Shown here: piece by piece, positions 1-13,645 of the stretch
Position numbering within the stretch: the first letter of the stretch is position 1
Layout: each line of letters opens with the position of its first letter
From: Cycas panzhihuaensis
Lineage: Eukaryota; Plantae; Cycadophyta
Assembly (NCBI GenBank): GCA_023213395.1
Contig: CM041465.1
Coordinates: forward strand, 167,283,741-167,347,740
Direction of reading: 5' to 3'
Length of the DNA: 64,000 nucleotides
The notes under the pieces: generated by a model
Seen by the model: only the letters and a program-made list of their open reading frames with translations
Database searches by the model: none
What the model was told of the DNA's origin: nothing
Translations under genes and position numbers: made by a program

Positions 1-784
1 AATACCTACAGGAATGGTCTTTAACTTATTGATTAAAGAGAATGATCCATCCTTCATACTTGAGGGAATAGATCTAAACCTAATGGGACATTGGGTATAA
101 GAGGTAAAGAGTCAATATTATTCACTATCAAATCATCAGGTGATTTAGATGGACCTACACTCTTTGTTGTCTCCACCATATTTATTATTCTCTTAGTCTC
201 ACCACCTTTGGGAGGTGGGTGAGTTTGATTACTAATTTATTTAGTCAAAGGATTAAGAGGAGTTATATTCTTCTTCAATAAATTATAACCAAAAGGCTCA
301 TATTCATCATTGTGAACCTATTTTTCCTTACTCTTATCGCCCTTATTTCTTTTATCATTATGTTGAGGTAAGAGGTCCTTGTGAATCATTTGATCTTGTG
401 ATATTTTAGAGGGATGGTTTAATTGAACATTCATATTTTAAGTGATCATTTAGACTATGTGGTATTTACTTCTATCATGGGTGTTAATTTGATGATATAA
501 ATACCATTTTATGCTTTTTAAAGAAGGAGGAGGTGGAGGAGGACCTTATTTTTTCCTTCCTTTAGTAAGATGGATTACTTTTGTTTCCTGAGAGGGTTGA
601 ATTTGAGAAGAACCATAAACATGTAACTTAGTATTGATCACATACTCCAATAATCTAATGAAATAAGTTAAGTGATCATAGGTAGGTTTAGGATAGGAAG
701 CTTTTGTTGTTTGAATAGTTTCTTTAGAAAGTGCAAGTTTCCCAACCTTCTTAATACCTGCATGAATCTTAAATATTTCCAAAG

Positions 785-2483
785 CTAAACATCAATCAAT
801 AGCTCTTTATAGATTTGAGGACCAAGTTTTATAACTTTAAGGTGTACATGTAGCCTCAAAGCATTAGTAAATAGATCAAATAGGAGACTATGACTAAGAC
901 ATAAATGGCAAGCATGTACTTCATTTTGCAACTTTCTCATAAAGTCTTTAGAGGTTTCATCATGATTTTGTTTGATAACCAAAAGGGACTTAGATGCTAG
1001 ATTTGAATGGTCTCACTACATCAAAATAGTTGATAAAAGAATCAACTAATTGTTGAAATGAGAGGATAAAAGCTGAAGAAAATTAGTAAAATAATTTCAA
1101 GGCATCACGTAGAAGTGATTTAGGAAACAAGCACATCATGATGTAATTAGTTGGCATGGAATCTACATAAGCAAGTGCAAACACTTGTATATAACAAGCA
1201 AGGTCTTGAGAGGAGTCACCTAAAAATTTAGGTAACTTAGGAAGAAATGGAGACATGGGAGATGAAAAGACCTCATAGGAAAAGGGGGACTTCATGTAGT
1301 CAAGAAAAGGTTTCCTTGGCCTTAATATAGTAGGACATTAAGGCAAGGATGATGGATGTGGAATAAAAGAAAGAATAGTTTGTTATTATTTTTGTTGGGT
1401 AATGGAGTGAGATGGAAGAGTAGATGAAGGATTAAACCAAGTTGTAAGGTTAACTATAGAGTTGGTTTGTAGCATAGGATATTGTGGAAGGATTGGATTA
1501 AATGAAGAAAAAGAGACTAGTTATAGGGTAGGTCTAGGAATATTTGATGAAGAAGTAGGCTTTCCAACTCCTAAAATATGAGATTGACTAAGTGAGGTAT
1601 AAGGATGAATGGAATGGTTATGAGAAACATGTTGGGTAGAAGGAGATACATTAAGTATTCTAAGAGAAGATGCATAAGGTCTAATGCCTTGTGGAATAAA
1701 CATATGGGATGTGTAAGCTAATAATTGAGTTGAAGAAAGAATAGGATGAGAGGGGGTAACCCTAGTGGTATAGGAATGGATAGGTTGCAGACTTAGTGAA
1801 GGTGAGACCACTTGACTCGAGGTAGGAGCATGAGAAGGACTGGGGTTATCATAGATGGGAATAGTAAAGGTATCTCCATGTGTAAAAGGTTCCACATAAG
1901 GAGAATGGATTCAAACTTGTAACCTAGAAGGAGAGGGAGGAGGCTAAAAATGAACTAACTTGTAATCTTCTACCTCCTCTAAAGGAGGAGAATGAGGTCT
2001 TGATAAAGATGGGTGGGAAGGTAGGGAAGATTGAATGAGATTGGGAGCAACTAAAGGCTTAACCTGAATTGACTCATACTCCTCACATAATAGATCAAAT
2101 TGATGATGTTATGGAGAGGATGTCATAGTATGAGTCTATGGATAAAAAGGGTCTTGATATCCAAGAATGTGAAGCAGAGTTAGAACCCTAGTAAGAACTA
2201 GCTTAAATTATGATGGATATATTTGAATGAGAAATGATTCTTCTTATACAAAAGAAGGATCACCATAAAATTGAGAGAGTTCATATTCTTGCTCCATAGG
2301 TATTTCATATAACTGAGTCAAATCTTTAGGAGGATAAACGTAAGTATCATGAATATGATATTTCAAACAATTAACATAAGAAGATGAAACTTCTTGAGCA
2401 AAATGTAAAGGTTGTACTTGAGGATTAGGCAGGATACCTTAAAGCCTTAATGATTGCCTAGGAGTAGGTGTTATATTTTTCAT
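785..2483 (-). pseudogene. gag: Degenerate retrotransposon gag (Retrotrans_gag-like) with many stops and frameshifts
   Basis: Motifs PKF..G..D...F, LFP.SL...A..W/LFY, F..L...FI.YF and IKQ...E...DF recognised across fragmented ORFs. Confidence 0.7.
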
Positions 2484-2510
2484 AACTTTAAATAAGAGAA
2501 AAATTGGTAA

Positions 2511-2528
2511 TCCCTAGTATGGTCGCCA
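2511..2528 (-). promoter_or_regulatory. Primer-binding site, tRNA-Arg-like (TGGCGACCATACTAGGGA)
   Basis: Reverse complement of tccctagtatggtcgcca. Resembles the TGGCGAC...GGGA PBS of Tat/Ogre elements and sits just upstream of the gag ATG. Confidence 0.65.
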
Positions 2529-5060
2529 AAAAGATGGTGAGGCTTTGGTTGGACCTAAACCAAATATCTCTTAACTAATAGAATATTTTCTTGTTTCAAA
2601 TCTAGACTAAGAGATATGAAGTCTAAAAGGACCTAAGTAACCACCTTTGCCTAACTCCTACGAAGGAGTCTCCTCCTGATTGTGTCATTTAATGAAGGTA
2701 TAAATAAATAAAGTAATGAAAGGCTAGGATATAAGGGGGTGATTGAATCCACTAGCCTATATAACTAGATAAATGAGTTCTAAGTTTAGAATTACACTAA
2801 CAATGTCTCTTATATCCTTCCTAGGGGGGAGTTTTACTTAAATGAAGGAGAAGGGTCAAGTGATAGAAAGGTTTTCTCATGTTTCTTTTTTTTTTTTTTT
2901 TTTTTGTTATTTTTGTTTTAAATGAAGTGAAATAAAGAACAATAAATGACATTACAAAATCTATCTACCTAGTCTTTTAAGACTTAAACAAGAAAGTGAA
3001 ACACACATGCAATGTATTTTTTTAACATTTTTTTAAAGATAAAGCATGGTGAAAATGGAATACAAACCTACTTTATTAGAGGCAACACATATTTTTTTTA
3101 CAAAAAAAAAATGTATCATGAAATGCAACTAACTCCACTTGCGACTATGTAAGAAATTAAATAATATATAATGTTAATATGAGGTTTTTTATTCCAATTA
3201 CATGATATCTTTCTTTTGAATAATGCTTCAACCATGAAAAGAGAGATTTTAAAGATTTATTACTATTGTTATGAATGATTTTCAAATCATAGAGAGTGCA
3301 TGCAACTAATGATATTCAAGTCATATCCTCAAACAAGCAACAAGCCAAAGAGCAAAGTTGTTTTATCATAATTAGAGTCCATTGGATACTAAAGGGATCC
3401 TTTAACCTTATATGATTTGATCAAATCAAGAATATATCATTCATGCATTCAATTTTTTCTTTGGAAGTAAAAGACTAATTAAAAGAGTAAAATCAAATAA
3501 GAACAATATTATGATTCCTTGCCTATTATAAAACTCCATCATCAAAATAACCTTCTTTCTTTCATATGATCAAATTACTTCAAATTCTTCCTTTAAAACC
3601 AACAAATAAGAAAGAGAAACAAGAATCATAGTCTCAACTATAGTTGCAAACAAGCCAAAAATAAAAGCAAGCCTTTTGGGATTTGGATAGTTGCAGAAGA
3701 ATAGGAAATAATAGTTATCTTTGGAGTAAAGAGATGAGCATTCTTCATAATAGTCTACTCTTCATTTTGTCCCATAAAGGCCAGACCTTTCATCTAAATT
3801 CCCAAGGTAAAAAAAAGTATAAAACCATAAAAAATATTAGTAGAAAGATTCTAAGCACTAATAGTCAACAAAAAGTGGGAAATTTTACAAGAGTTTACAA
3901 TAGGAAAGACCTTACCAAGAATAAAGGAGTTTTGAAGATAAAAACCTTGAAGAAATTAAGAATCTTGAAGAAAATCAACCATTGAAATTCAAGCATCAAT
4001 GAAATAACAACCAAAGCATCAAAGTCTCCTCTTGATTTCACCCTTCTTTTCCTCAAAAAATAGTCTTTCAAGCCACAATAGTACAAAACTTTAAAAAATC
4101 TCAAGGAAGCTCTCAAAAACTTGATCTCTTAGCTCTTAAATTTTGAATGATAGATGAGACTAAGCTTTAGGTTTATTATGGGCATGAAAGAGATAAGTTT
4201 GCATCAAATCTAGGTAGCAACATGTAAAATTCTGGTGCGCTGGATGAGTTTTGCATGCATGCCAATAAAAAATAAGACTAGTCATATTTTTGGAGTTACG
4301 AAAAATGTGATTTTATACTAAAAACATAATCAATCATGTTTTTGGTAAGACCAAAAATGGGATAAATCAAGAGGTCAAAATAACTCATTAAGAAGGTCAA
4401 AAATTGATTTTTGTTGATTAATTTAAGTACACATGACTGAATTAATAAGGAAAGAGGTTTAAAAATGATGAAAATGATAAGCATAAGCCCAAAAATTGAT
4501 CAAAAAGATAATGTAAGTGTGAAACCAAGATAAAAACATGAAACAATAAAATATTCTAAAAGAAGGATTGAATTAAAATGATCGTGAAAGAAGAATTTAG
4601 TGTTATAATCATCAATCATCAGTAAGTGATAACATAATTATATAGCAATTATCATTTAGCATATATCATCAATGAGATTAAGATAATACTTCATCAAAAC
4701 ATGGCCTAATCCATATAAAATAAGCTTAAATCAATCATCCTCACATGAAATAATACAAGAAACTCATTAAAAGTAATAAAGATCAGCAAAAGGGCTAGGT
4801 TCTCGTGAAACAAAGTGATAAAAGTCTTAGTTACTAAGAACATACTATTCACATATGCTAGGCAAATAAATGTTATCATATGAAGCAAAAGCATAATAGA
4901 AAGTGATAATATTAGAAATGTGTAAATCAAATGATATCTATCTATCTATCTATCTATATATGTATGTGTGTGTATGTAGATACACACATACATATATACA
5001 TATGAAACTGAGTTATAAATAAAATAGTATAATGTATGTATATATGAGATATAAAAATAA

Positions 5061-6480
5061 TACAACATTAGTGTCTAGAGGGAGCTCATGCTTCTATAAG
5101 TACATATAATATTCCCAAATAAACTAGTTGCAACACATCTCAAAACTCATAGAGCAGGCTTACCTCTCCTTGAAATACCCCTCTCTCACTCCCCTATAAA
5201 TTCCTTATTCATGATAAATAAGACCTCTTACATATACAAAATACAAAATGGGTAAATTATTAGTAGTAATAGGGGGTGTAAGTTGTTGATAGGAAATAAA
5301 TAATATGCAAAAGAAATTTAAATTAAAAACTAAAATTTTGATATACCATTGTAAAACCATGTATTGTTTCATTTTTCATAATAATATATCATGTATCATT
5401 ATGTGAATACAATGGCACATCCTATACTATTTTGAAATAAAATTGTATATTATGTACCATTATGAATTTAAAATGAATTCATGAATTAAATGGTACGTAC
5501 CATTTTGATTTGTGCATGCCAAAAATTCACAAAAAAGGGAAAAAATTGCCAAAAAATGATAAACATCAAAATCCTAATTAAATGGAAATTTGTAGGAATA
5601 TATTTTCACCATATTCATAAAAAAAGGAGATTCTAGAGTAGCCCCACTTATTCAAAAACCTTAATTTTAGAGAAGCCCTTAAAATTAGGGGCTTTGGCTA
5701 AAATTAAGAAAAGTGAAGAGAAAATCTAATAAAAATATGTTCTCATTATATAGTGGTCATTGTTGAGTCATGAATATGCTAGAATATGAGGCATAAAAAA
5801 TTGTTGCTTTAAACACCAATAATCAACTCTTAATTATTGTCATCTTATAAATGGACCAAAAGATAAATCTAATAAACTAACTCATACAAATGAATAGGAA
5901 ATTTGAGGAATATAAATTTTAAATAGATTTCTTTAAGCCTCCTATGGGTCAAAATTCACCTAAAATTCCCCATATTTCTTATGATTTAAATGTTACCACG
6001 TGCAAGATGGAGTTCACAACCTTGAAATAATTAGATTATCTTGGGCTAAGAGTTCTCTAGTATAATAAATACTCACTTTCACATATGTGTGTTGCTTACA
6101 AATGTTCTATCTTAGGCTTATTCCAAAACATGATATAACATGAGTGTTTAAAGGGAGCTCATGCTTCTATAAATACATATAAAATGCCCAAATGAGCTAA
6201 TTGCAACACACCTTAAAAATCACATAGTGGCTTACCTCTCTCTTAAATCCCCCTTTCACCCCCTATAAATTCCCTACTCATGACAAATAAGACCTATTAC
6301 ATACAAAAAATGCAAAGTGGGTTAGTCGCTAGTAATGACAGGGAGTACAAGCTAATGATAGGAAGTAAAAACTATGTAAAAAAGTTTAAAATATAAAAAC
6401 CAAATATTTCATGTACCATTATAAAACCTTGTACCATCTTCTTTTTCATAATAATACATAATATATTATTATAAAAAATA
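5061..6480. repeat. ~1.07-kb tandem duplication: unit 1 is 5061-6133; unit 2 starts at 6134, is interrupted at 6480 and resumes at 17052-17680
   Basis: gggagctcatgcttctata...cccctataaattcc...agacct occurs at ~5080 and ~6153. Sequence 5410-6125 aligns with 17052-17680. Confidence 0.85.
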
Positions 6481-6835
6481 TGTTGGCTTCAAGGTGTAGA
6501 GCAGAAGGATTATAAGTACATAGACATCATCTTAAAGTGAAAATAATAATCTTTGAATATAAATAGCAGTGTTAAAAAATACCATGGAGGTATTCTCCAC
6601 CTATAAATAGATAAATTTTGGGAGGCAGTAAGTGTCTCAACTCGACTAATATTAAAGTTTAAAAAATTATTAAAATATTATATAAATAATTAAATATCTT
6701 ACCTAAGGTGGCTGTGGTAGCCTTGTTGGTTATAGGCAGTTGTTTGGTGATACTAGGTGACCTTGGGAGACTCAAGGTGGCATTGAGGGGCCCAAGGTGC
6801 TCACATGCATTTGCAAATTGGGCATTATCCCAACA
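6481..6835 (-). repeat. 3' LTR of Copia-1
   Basis: tgttggcttc...ttatcccaaca; direct repeat of 16680-17046. Confidence 0.95.
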
Positions 6836-6869
6836 TTTTCCCTCATAGTAGCCAATATGTAGAACTCTC

Positions 6870-9800
6870 AACTTATCTCTAAATTTCTAAAATTTGATCT
6901 TACCTAAAGCTTTTATAAAGATGTCTATTGCTTGATCTTCAATGCTATAATATACCAATTCAATTTCTCCTACTTAAACTAGCTCTCAAATAAAGTGGTG
7001 CTACATCTCAATATGTTTTGTTTTGCCATAAAATATTAGGTTCTTTATCATATGTATTGTTACTCTGATTATCACACCAAATTCTTATAGGCCTTTTCTG
7101 TTCTAGCTGAAAGTCTTATAAGAGTCTTCTCAACCAAACTATTTCATATGTGACAATAACTATTACTTTATATTCTACTTCGACTATAAATAGAGTGACT
7201 ATATTTTTTTTTCTTAGTGCTCCAAGCTGTAGTTACTATTTCCCAGCTTCCGGGAATGGATACGGAATCACCGACTCAAGTAAGTGCAGGTATGTCTCTT
7301 GCATTATCATCGCTTTCTTTTACTGGATGTTTGCTTGCGTATCTGCATGTGTATGACTTCGTGGGCGGCCTTGTAGTCGCCTACACCTATTTTAGCCTAT
7401 GACGACTATAGCAGGGGCACACTCCCAGCAAGTGTGGCACCCTGGTGACCGACATTACTTCCGCGCCCGCCTCCTCACTCTAGGATCCACTAGGTTTGCG
7501 CCACCTCTGCCCGTGTGATGACTCATCATCGTTTGGTCAACTTGCCACCCCACTCGAGCCCTATTTTTGCTCCTTTGGACCCGTTTTGTTGGCTTGTTTG
7601 CCCCCGGGTGGGTGTTTTAGCGTTATGTCGCCCTTTCTGGTCGCCCCAACCCGGGTGGTTTGTGGGCCCCATTCTCAGCCCTAGGTGCGTCATGGATTTT
7701 TCGGTGCCGAGATATTCATGATCGCCGAATATCCCGGCCAGACGATCGGCTATCTCATTATTTTTTAAAATCTGCCGTGGTAATTTCACATTTATTGCGA
7801 AACTGCCACGTGGCTCACGCTTTATTTCTCCTCCAGCCGCGCCCTAATCACATGCTTTAGGGTTTTGCTTAAGTGCTTAAGCCCTTTTTGGCTCATTTTC
7901 AAAGATCTTTTTGCTCACTTTTGGAGTTGCTCTCAAGAAAAACACTCTCATGCTCTGCTCTTCTCTGCTGTTTTCTTGCTTTTGGACTGCACCTCTTCAT
8001 ACAGTGCCCAGCTCTCCTTTGGCTTGGCTGAGACATTCTCTCAGCCCTTCAAACGCCTTGGAGAGGGCTCCTTTGAAGCAGTTTCCAGCTGGTTTCTACC
8101 CGGGCAGTCTACGAGTTCCCCGTTTGCAGGTGTTTCCCGTCCCGTCTCCCTAGCAAGGTCCCTAGCCTGCTCCACTCCAGATTTGGGCTATTTTTCCAGC
8201 CCTTCTTCACTGTCCTTTGGCTGAGGCAAATCCCTTGCCTCCCCTTCCTAGGTACTCTTCATTTTGTATTTGTCTTTTTGTGGTATTTATGCTTCAGCTT
8301 ATTTGTTCCTACTTGTCTCTTGAGAGTTAGTTTTCCTCCCTTTTGAGGACTGCTGTACCACTCTCCCTGTGCTTCTTGCCTGCGTTTACTGTCCAAGGCA
8401 GTGGCGTTGAGGGGTTGCATAGGTTTTGGAGAGGAGCTGGGTGGATTCCGTACCACCTTCCACGCTCCCTAGGCGGCTCTTAGCCCCCCAAAACCTCCCT
8501 CTCGCCCCGTGCTGCCCTTGGCTTGCAAACAAGGGTTTGAAGGCTCCCTTTGGTTGCCCAAACCAGCGCTGTCACAAGTTGCAGCGCTGATTTGGGACCC
8601 TTTGTTCAGGTTTGGGTGCCCTCCATAGGCCCCAACCGCGGGTTCTTGGTTCACTCTTGCTTCCCGGTCACCCGGTTTGCTCCCCGTAGCACCCCGGTTC
8701 CCCGTGGATATCTTTGGGCCTCTCTTGCCCTTTTTTGCAGCCATTTTCCAGCCTTGGTTCTTCACTTTCTCCTCGCTGCCTTGTGGCTCCTGGGGGGAGG
8801 TTTGGGCACCGTTTGCGGGAGGTAGGCCACTCCGAGGCTTGCCTTGTTGTTTCCTTTCATTTGGACCACTTGCCTTTGGTATTTTCCTTATTGGACTAAC
8901 ACTAACGCATGCATATTTAGACTCTTGTTTATGTTGCTAGACATATATTGTTAGATCTTTGTGTTGCGTGTTAGTGCTCTTCCTCCGGGAAGAGGGAGAC
9001 CCTTGTTGCTTGCAGGTACTCGAGACGCGCGGAGAACGTTGCCCGTTGGCCTCTCTACCGGTAAGTGCTCTTTGCATGTATCGTGTTTTATGCTATCTCA
9101 TTTACTAGTTAGCGTTCCTTTCCTTCCTTTGGTATTGCATTTACTTTTCCGGGGAGGGTAAGGAACCCCCTTTTCGCCCATGCATGCATCCCAAGGTGCG
9201 TCAGAGTGGTTGGGTGCTCCTCGTGGAGGCTACGTCATCTCACGCCTTGCCCGGTGCACGCTTCCTTCCTCTTCGCTACCCTTGTTCTTCCTTTTATTCC
9301 TTTCTTAGTAATTAGAACATTGAAAGATTAAAAGGGGAAATCGCTTTTGTATTTGTTTGCTTTGTTGCATGCATCCTCTATTATCCGTAGGAAAGATTGT
9401 AAGAGTTTTCTTTATCCTTACCTTTCCTTCCTTCTCCTTAACCGCACGAGCGCCTTGCTTCCCGCATCGTTCGTGTACCCGGTTAGGTTGCATAGGTTTG
9501 CTTTTGGCCTATCTCTTTTAGGTTCCTTCTCTCTCCCTTCTGGCCACCCAAGGGTGGGAGGGTCCTATTCCCAGGTTAACTCAGGTTCGTCCTACGTACC
9601 TTCGCCTCTTGCTCAAGGTGGTGAAGGGTCACCCGATAGTAGCCATACTCCATTGCAGATCCCGAACTCGCGCTCCGGCGCACGGGGCGCTCTGCGTGGT
9701 AGTTACCTGCCTTTTAGGTTCCACTTTCTATCATTCCATCACTTACTCCTCCCACGCCTATTAGTTAGGTAGTTATCCCGTAGCTGCGCGTCCAGTTACC

Positions 9801-12800
9801 GAACTCATACTAAAAATATATCCTAAAGTCAATTTTCTATCATCGATATCACCTGCCCAATCTGAATTTGTGTAGCTTATCAACTAAAAAATTGATAAAG
9901 TTTTATAATATAGACCATATTCTGAAGTACCTTTAAGATATCATAGAATTCTTTTGGCTACCTTCCAATGAGTAGTCTTCGGGTCTTGCATGAATATGGT
10001 TACAATGCTGACTAAATGCGTTATGTCTGGTTGAGTAGATGTCAAGTAGATCAGACTGCCAATTAACTATCTATAGAGTGTAGGATCAATAGGTGTAGAA
10101 TCATCTAGTTTGGAATGATTGATTCCTCTTTTTGCTAGAGTTATTAATGATTTACAATCAGTCATCCTGAACTTTTATAATAGATCTAGGGTATACTTCC
10201 TTTGGGAGATAAAGATACTATTTTTATACTACCATACATCCAAACTTAGGAAGTAATGTATTAATCCTAAATATATCATTTTAAATTCCTTACATTGGGC
10301 TTCTTTAAATATTACAAAATATGGAAGTCATTTCTAGTGTAGACAAGATCATCCACATAGAGTCCCACAATTAGGATAGAATCTCCCTTGATTTTGATGT
10401 CAAGATTTGGATTTGATTGAGACCTTTCAAAGCCTAGATCTCTAAAATATTTGTCAATTTAGGAATTCCAAGCCCTGGGTGCTTGTTTCAAACCATAAAA
10501 TGCCTTTTTTATTTTGTATACTTTGTCTTCTTCCTCCCTAACTTCAAACTAAGGGGTTGAGAGACATAGATATCCTCTTCAATGTAGTCATTAAGGAAAG
10601 CACTTTTGACATCTATTTGATAAACTTTCCATCCTATTTGAGATGCTAAACTCATCATTATATGAACTATTTCCATTCAAGCAACATGAACAAATGTCTT
10701 ATTATAATCAATGCCTTCTCTTTTGGAATAACCTTTGGTGACCAATCTAGCTTTATATTTATCAATTGATCCATTAGAGTAGAACGTGGTTTTATAGATC
10801 CACTTACTGTGAATTTTTCTTTTATTGGGAGGTAAGTTAACCAGTTTCTAAGTATCATTATTAACAATGGAGTGATATTTGTCTTCCATTTCCTTTCTCT
10901 AAGAAGTATGTGTATTGGCCTCATCAAAGGTTTGAGGCTTATAGGACTCCAAAACCTTACTCATGAGGGTAAAGTTTACCTTATGTGATTGAGTGGATCT
11001 TTGATTGCTATCCAAAATGTTGCCCATATCATGATTTCTTTGAACCCATTTTGAAAGTTTATGGTGGAGGTTGAGAAGAGGTTCCATACCCACATGGTTT
11101 ATTAATAACTCATCTAGAGTCAAATATAGGAGGCACATATTTTGACTTGGTGGAGGTGTCAAACTTGATCATTACTTCTTTGCTCTTTTTTTAATTATCA
11201 TGATAACAAGCATCTTCTTAAAACTTTATATCTCTACTCACCATGACCTTCTTTGACTTAGGATCATAGGCTTTGTATGATTTAGACATTTCACTATAGC
11301 CAAGAAATATGCACTTGATACTATGGTCATCCAATTTAGATCTTCTTTGGTTAGGTACACGTCCATAGGCTAGGCACCCAACAACTCTTAAATGATGTAT
11401 GTTTGGCTTGTAGCCTATCCAAGATTCTTCAGGTGTCTTCCACCTTAAAGCTTTGGTGGAGTACTTATTGAGGAGATAAATAGATGTATGGACTACTTCC
11501 ACCCAAAACTCATGGCCCAAATTTTTATCTTTTAACATGCACCTTGCCATTTCTATAATGATGTGATTTTTCCTTTTGGATACATCATTTTATTGTGGGG
11601 TGTAGGGATTTATGAGCTACCTTCTAATCCCATGATGAACACAGTATGTCCTAAATTCATTGGAGATGAATTATCCCCTATTGTTAGATCTTAGTGAGAG
11701 AAGTTTATACCCACTTTATTGCTCCATAAAGGTTTTTGAAGTTAACAAAGTGTTGGAAGGTATCAAATTTAAACTTAAGGAAGAATACCCAAGTCTTCAT
11801 AGTGTAGTCATCAATGAATGTGATGAAATAGTATGCACTTGCTAATGAGGGGACATCCATAGGGTAGCAGATGTCCGTATAGACTAGTTGAAGTGGTCCA
11901 GTTGTCTGATAGTTAAAATTTAGAAATTTTTTCTTATTTTGTTTACCAAGTAAGCATCTTTCACATATGATTTTGTCCACTTCAATATTAGGCAACCAAC
12001 CTATTAACCATATCCATTCTTTTCATCAGGGCCAAACTACTATAGTTGAGGTGTCCAAATCTCCTATGCCATAAGTCACTATCCAATTTAACTGTAGTTC
12101 TTAAGGAATACGTATCTGATGGAGTAAGGGAAAGTTTGAAAAGTCTATCTTTTGTCATTTTTCCTTTTGCAATAATTACCTTTTTTTTTTTTTTTTTTCT
12201 TTAATTGTGTATTCACCATTATCAAAAATAACCTTGTAATCCTAATCCATCATCTGCCCTACTAATAATAGATTGTCTTTAAGGCATGGATATATAGTAC
12301 ATCATCGAGGTATCTATACTCTCCTATATCTATCATAAGAGCTATGTTGCCTCTACCAACCAATTCATGGGATGTGTCATTGTTGAACATTACTAAACCT
12401 ATTTTAATTTTATCCAATGTATAAAATAAATGCTCCTTATGAATCATGTAGGTGGAGTAACTCGAATGAATGTACTAGCTATTGTCTTCTTCTTCTTTGG
12501 TATTAAAACTAGATAGGAAAAGTCTGTTATTATCCCTTATCTTAATTATAGTATTTACACTACCTTTCATAGGTGGTCCATGTTTTGAAAAATATTTGTC
12601 TTTTATATGATCACTACAGTAACAATAGATGTAGTATAGTCTCTCTCTTCTCCCATAGCTTAGACTTTGACTACATAGATGGGTTCTTTCAATGTGGGAT
12701 GATCTCCCCCTTTACTCATAATGTGTGTTTGATTTTCCCTTTGTCTATTTTCATAATAATCTTAATTTGACCTTATATCTTAAACATTTCCTTGGCAATT

Positions 12801-13645
12801 TGGGCAACATAATTGTGCCTCAGGTTGTTTCTCTTGATTTTGGTATCTAGGAGAATTGACATTTAATTGGTTTACTCCTTATCTCCTTTGGTGGGGAGCT
12901 TGATATTTAGGTGGATCTTGACATATATCCCTTCTAGAATTTGTATCCCTTCTCTTAGGAGGTGATTCTTTGGATTTTAATATACTCGCTTGAGAGTGAG
13001 ATTGGATTCTAGACTTGGTAGAAAATGTATATTCAAGGGATTCGTTTGCATTTTGTTATTCTTTGACTGGCATCAACATGGTACTTAGTTATTCCACCTT
13101 AAGGGTGTTGAGATCTTTGGAAACCCCTATTCTTATCGCTACCATTTCAAACCCTTTTACGGCACCTACACATCTCAAAATTCTTTCCACTACTCTTTGC
13201 TCTGTCAATGTATCTCCAAGCGATCTCATCTGGCTAACTATATCTTGCAACTTAGTCATGAATTCTGTCACAAATTCTATTGGAATCATTCGCAAGTTCT
13301 CAAATTTACTTCTTAGGTTTTGAAGATTAGAAGATGCAACTCCTTCATAAATTAACTATAGGGTATTATATACTTACTTTGACTTTATTGACTCACTAAC
13401 TTGTAAGAAAATATGATCTTCCAATGCACAAAAGATAAGGGCAAGAGCTTCATTATCCTTTTCAACATTTTCTTTACAAGCTACCTTTTCAACGTTAATG
13501 GCATTTTGACCGAATTCACTGTAACATATTCTCATAATCTCCCACATGTCATTAGTGATGAGGATGGGTCTCATCCTCTTACTCTAATTTAGAAAGTTAT
13601 TACCATCAAACTTGGAATTATTATGTTTCTGAAATTTGTTGCCAT
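6870..13645 (-). pseudogene. Copia-1 gag-pol pseudogene (interrupted at 7237-9794)
   Basis: gag KFDGNNF...RMRPIL...DMWEI and KDNEALALIF from ATG 13645. Integrase CERCLLGKQ...LQLVYTDIC...YFITFIDDY and MARCML...KLDDHSIKCIFLGYS. RT remnants at 9900-10900. RNase H YTNSDWAGDIDDRK and CDNQS...KTKHIE. Confidence 0.92.
7237..9794. mobile_element. 2558-bp GC/CpG-rich insertion, most likely a solo LTR, nested in the Copia-1 RNase H
   Basis: Perfect 5-bp TSD GTTAC (7232-7236 and 9795-9799). Ends are TA (read as decayed TG) and CA. Removing it restores the host frame FSMSSVTTAWSTKK. No internal terminal repeats or retroviral domains seen. Confidence 0.85.

Larger units (their letters stand above)
1..4607 (-). 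mobile_element. Decayed Ty3/gypsy (Tat/Ogre-like) LTR retrotransposon, 5' part (5' LTR, PBS, gag); continues beyond the left window edge
   Basis: Minus-strand gag remnants: LPKFLGDSSQD...MMCLFPKSLLRDALKLFY (ORF 1083-1295) and IKQNHDETSKDFMRKL (785-982). A Pro/Ser-rich N-terminus starts at ATG 2483 (MKNITPTPRQSLRL*G). An Arg-tRNA-type PBS lies at 2511-2528. The outer LTR end near 4607 is a guess (TATAACACT, read as decayed TGTAAC). Confidence 0.7.

Noticed and set aside
4955-4998. Perfect 17-bp inverted repeat
   Set aside because: Made of alternating TA/TG/CA microsatellite, so self-complementarity is expected by chance
7496-9772. Cluster of overlapping short ORFs, suggesting a gene or foreign DNA
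   Set aside because: Expected from higher GC content; no recognisable domains, and the segment is bounded by a TSD like a solo LTR
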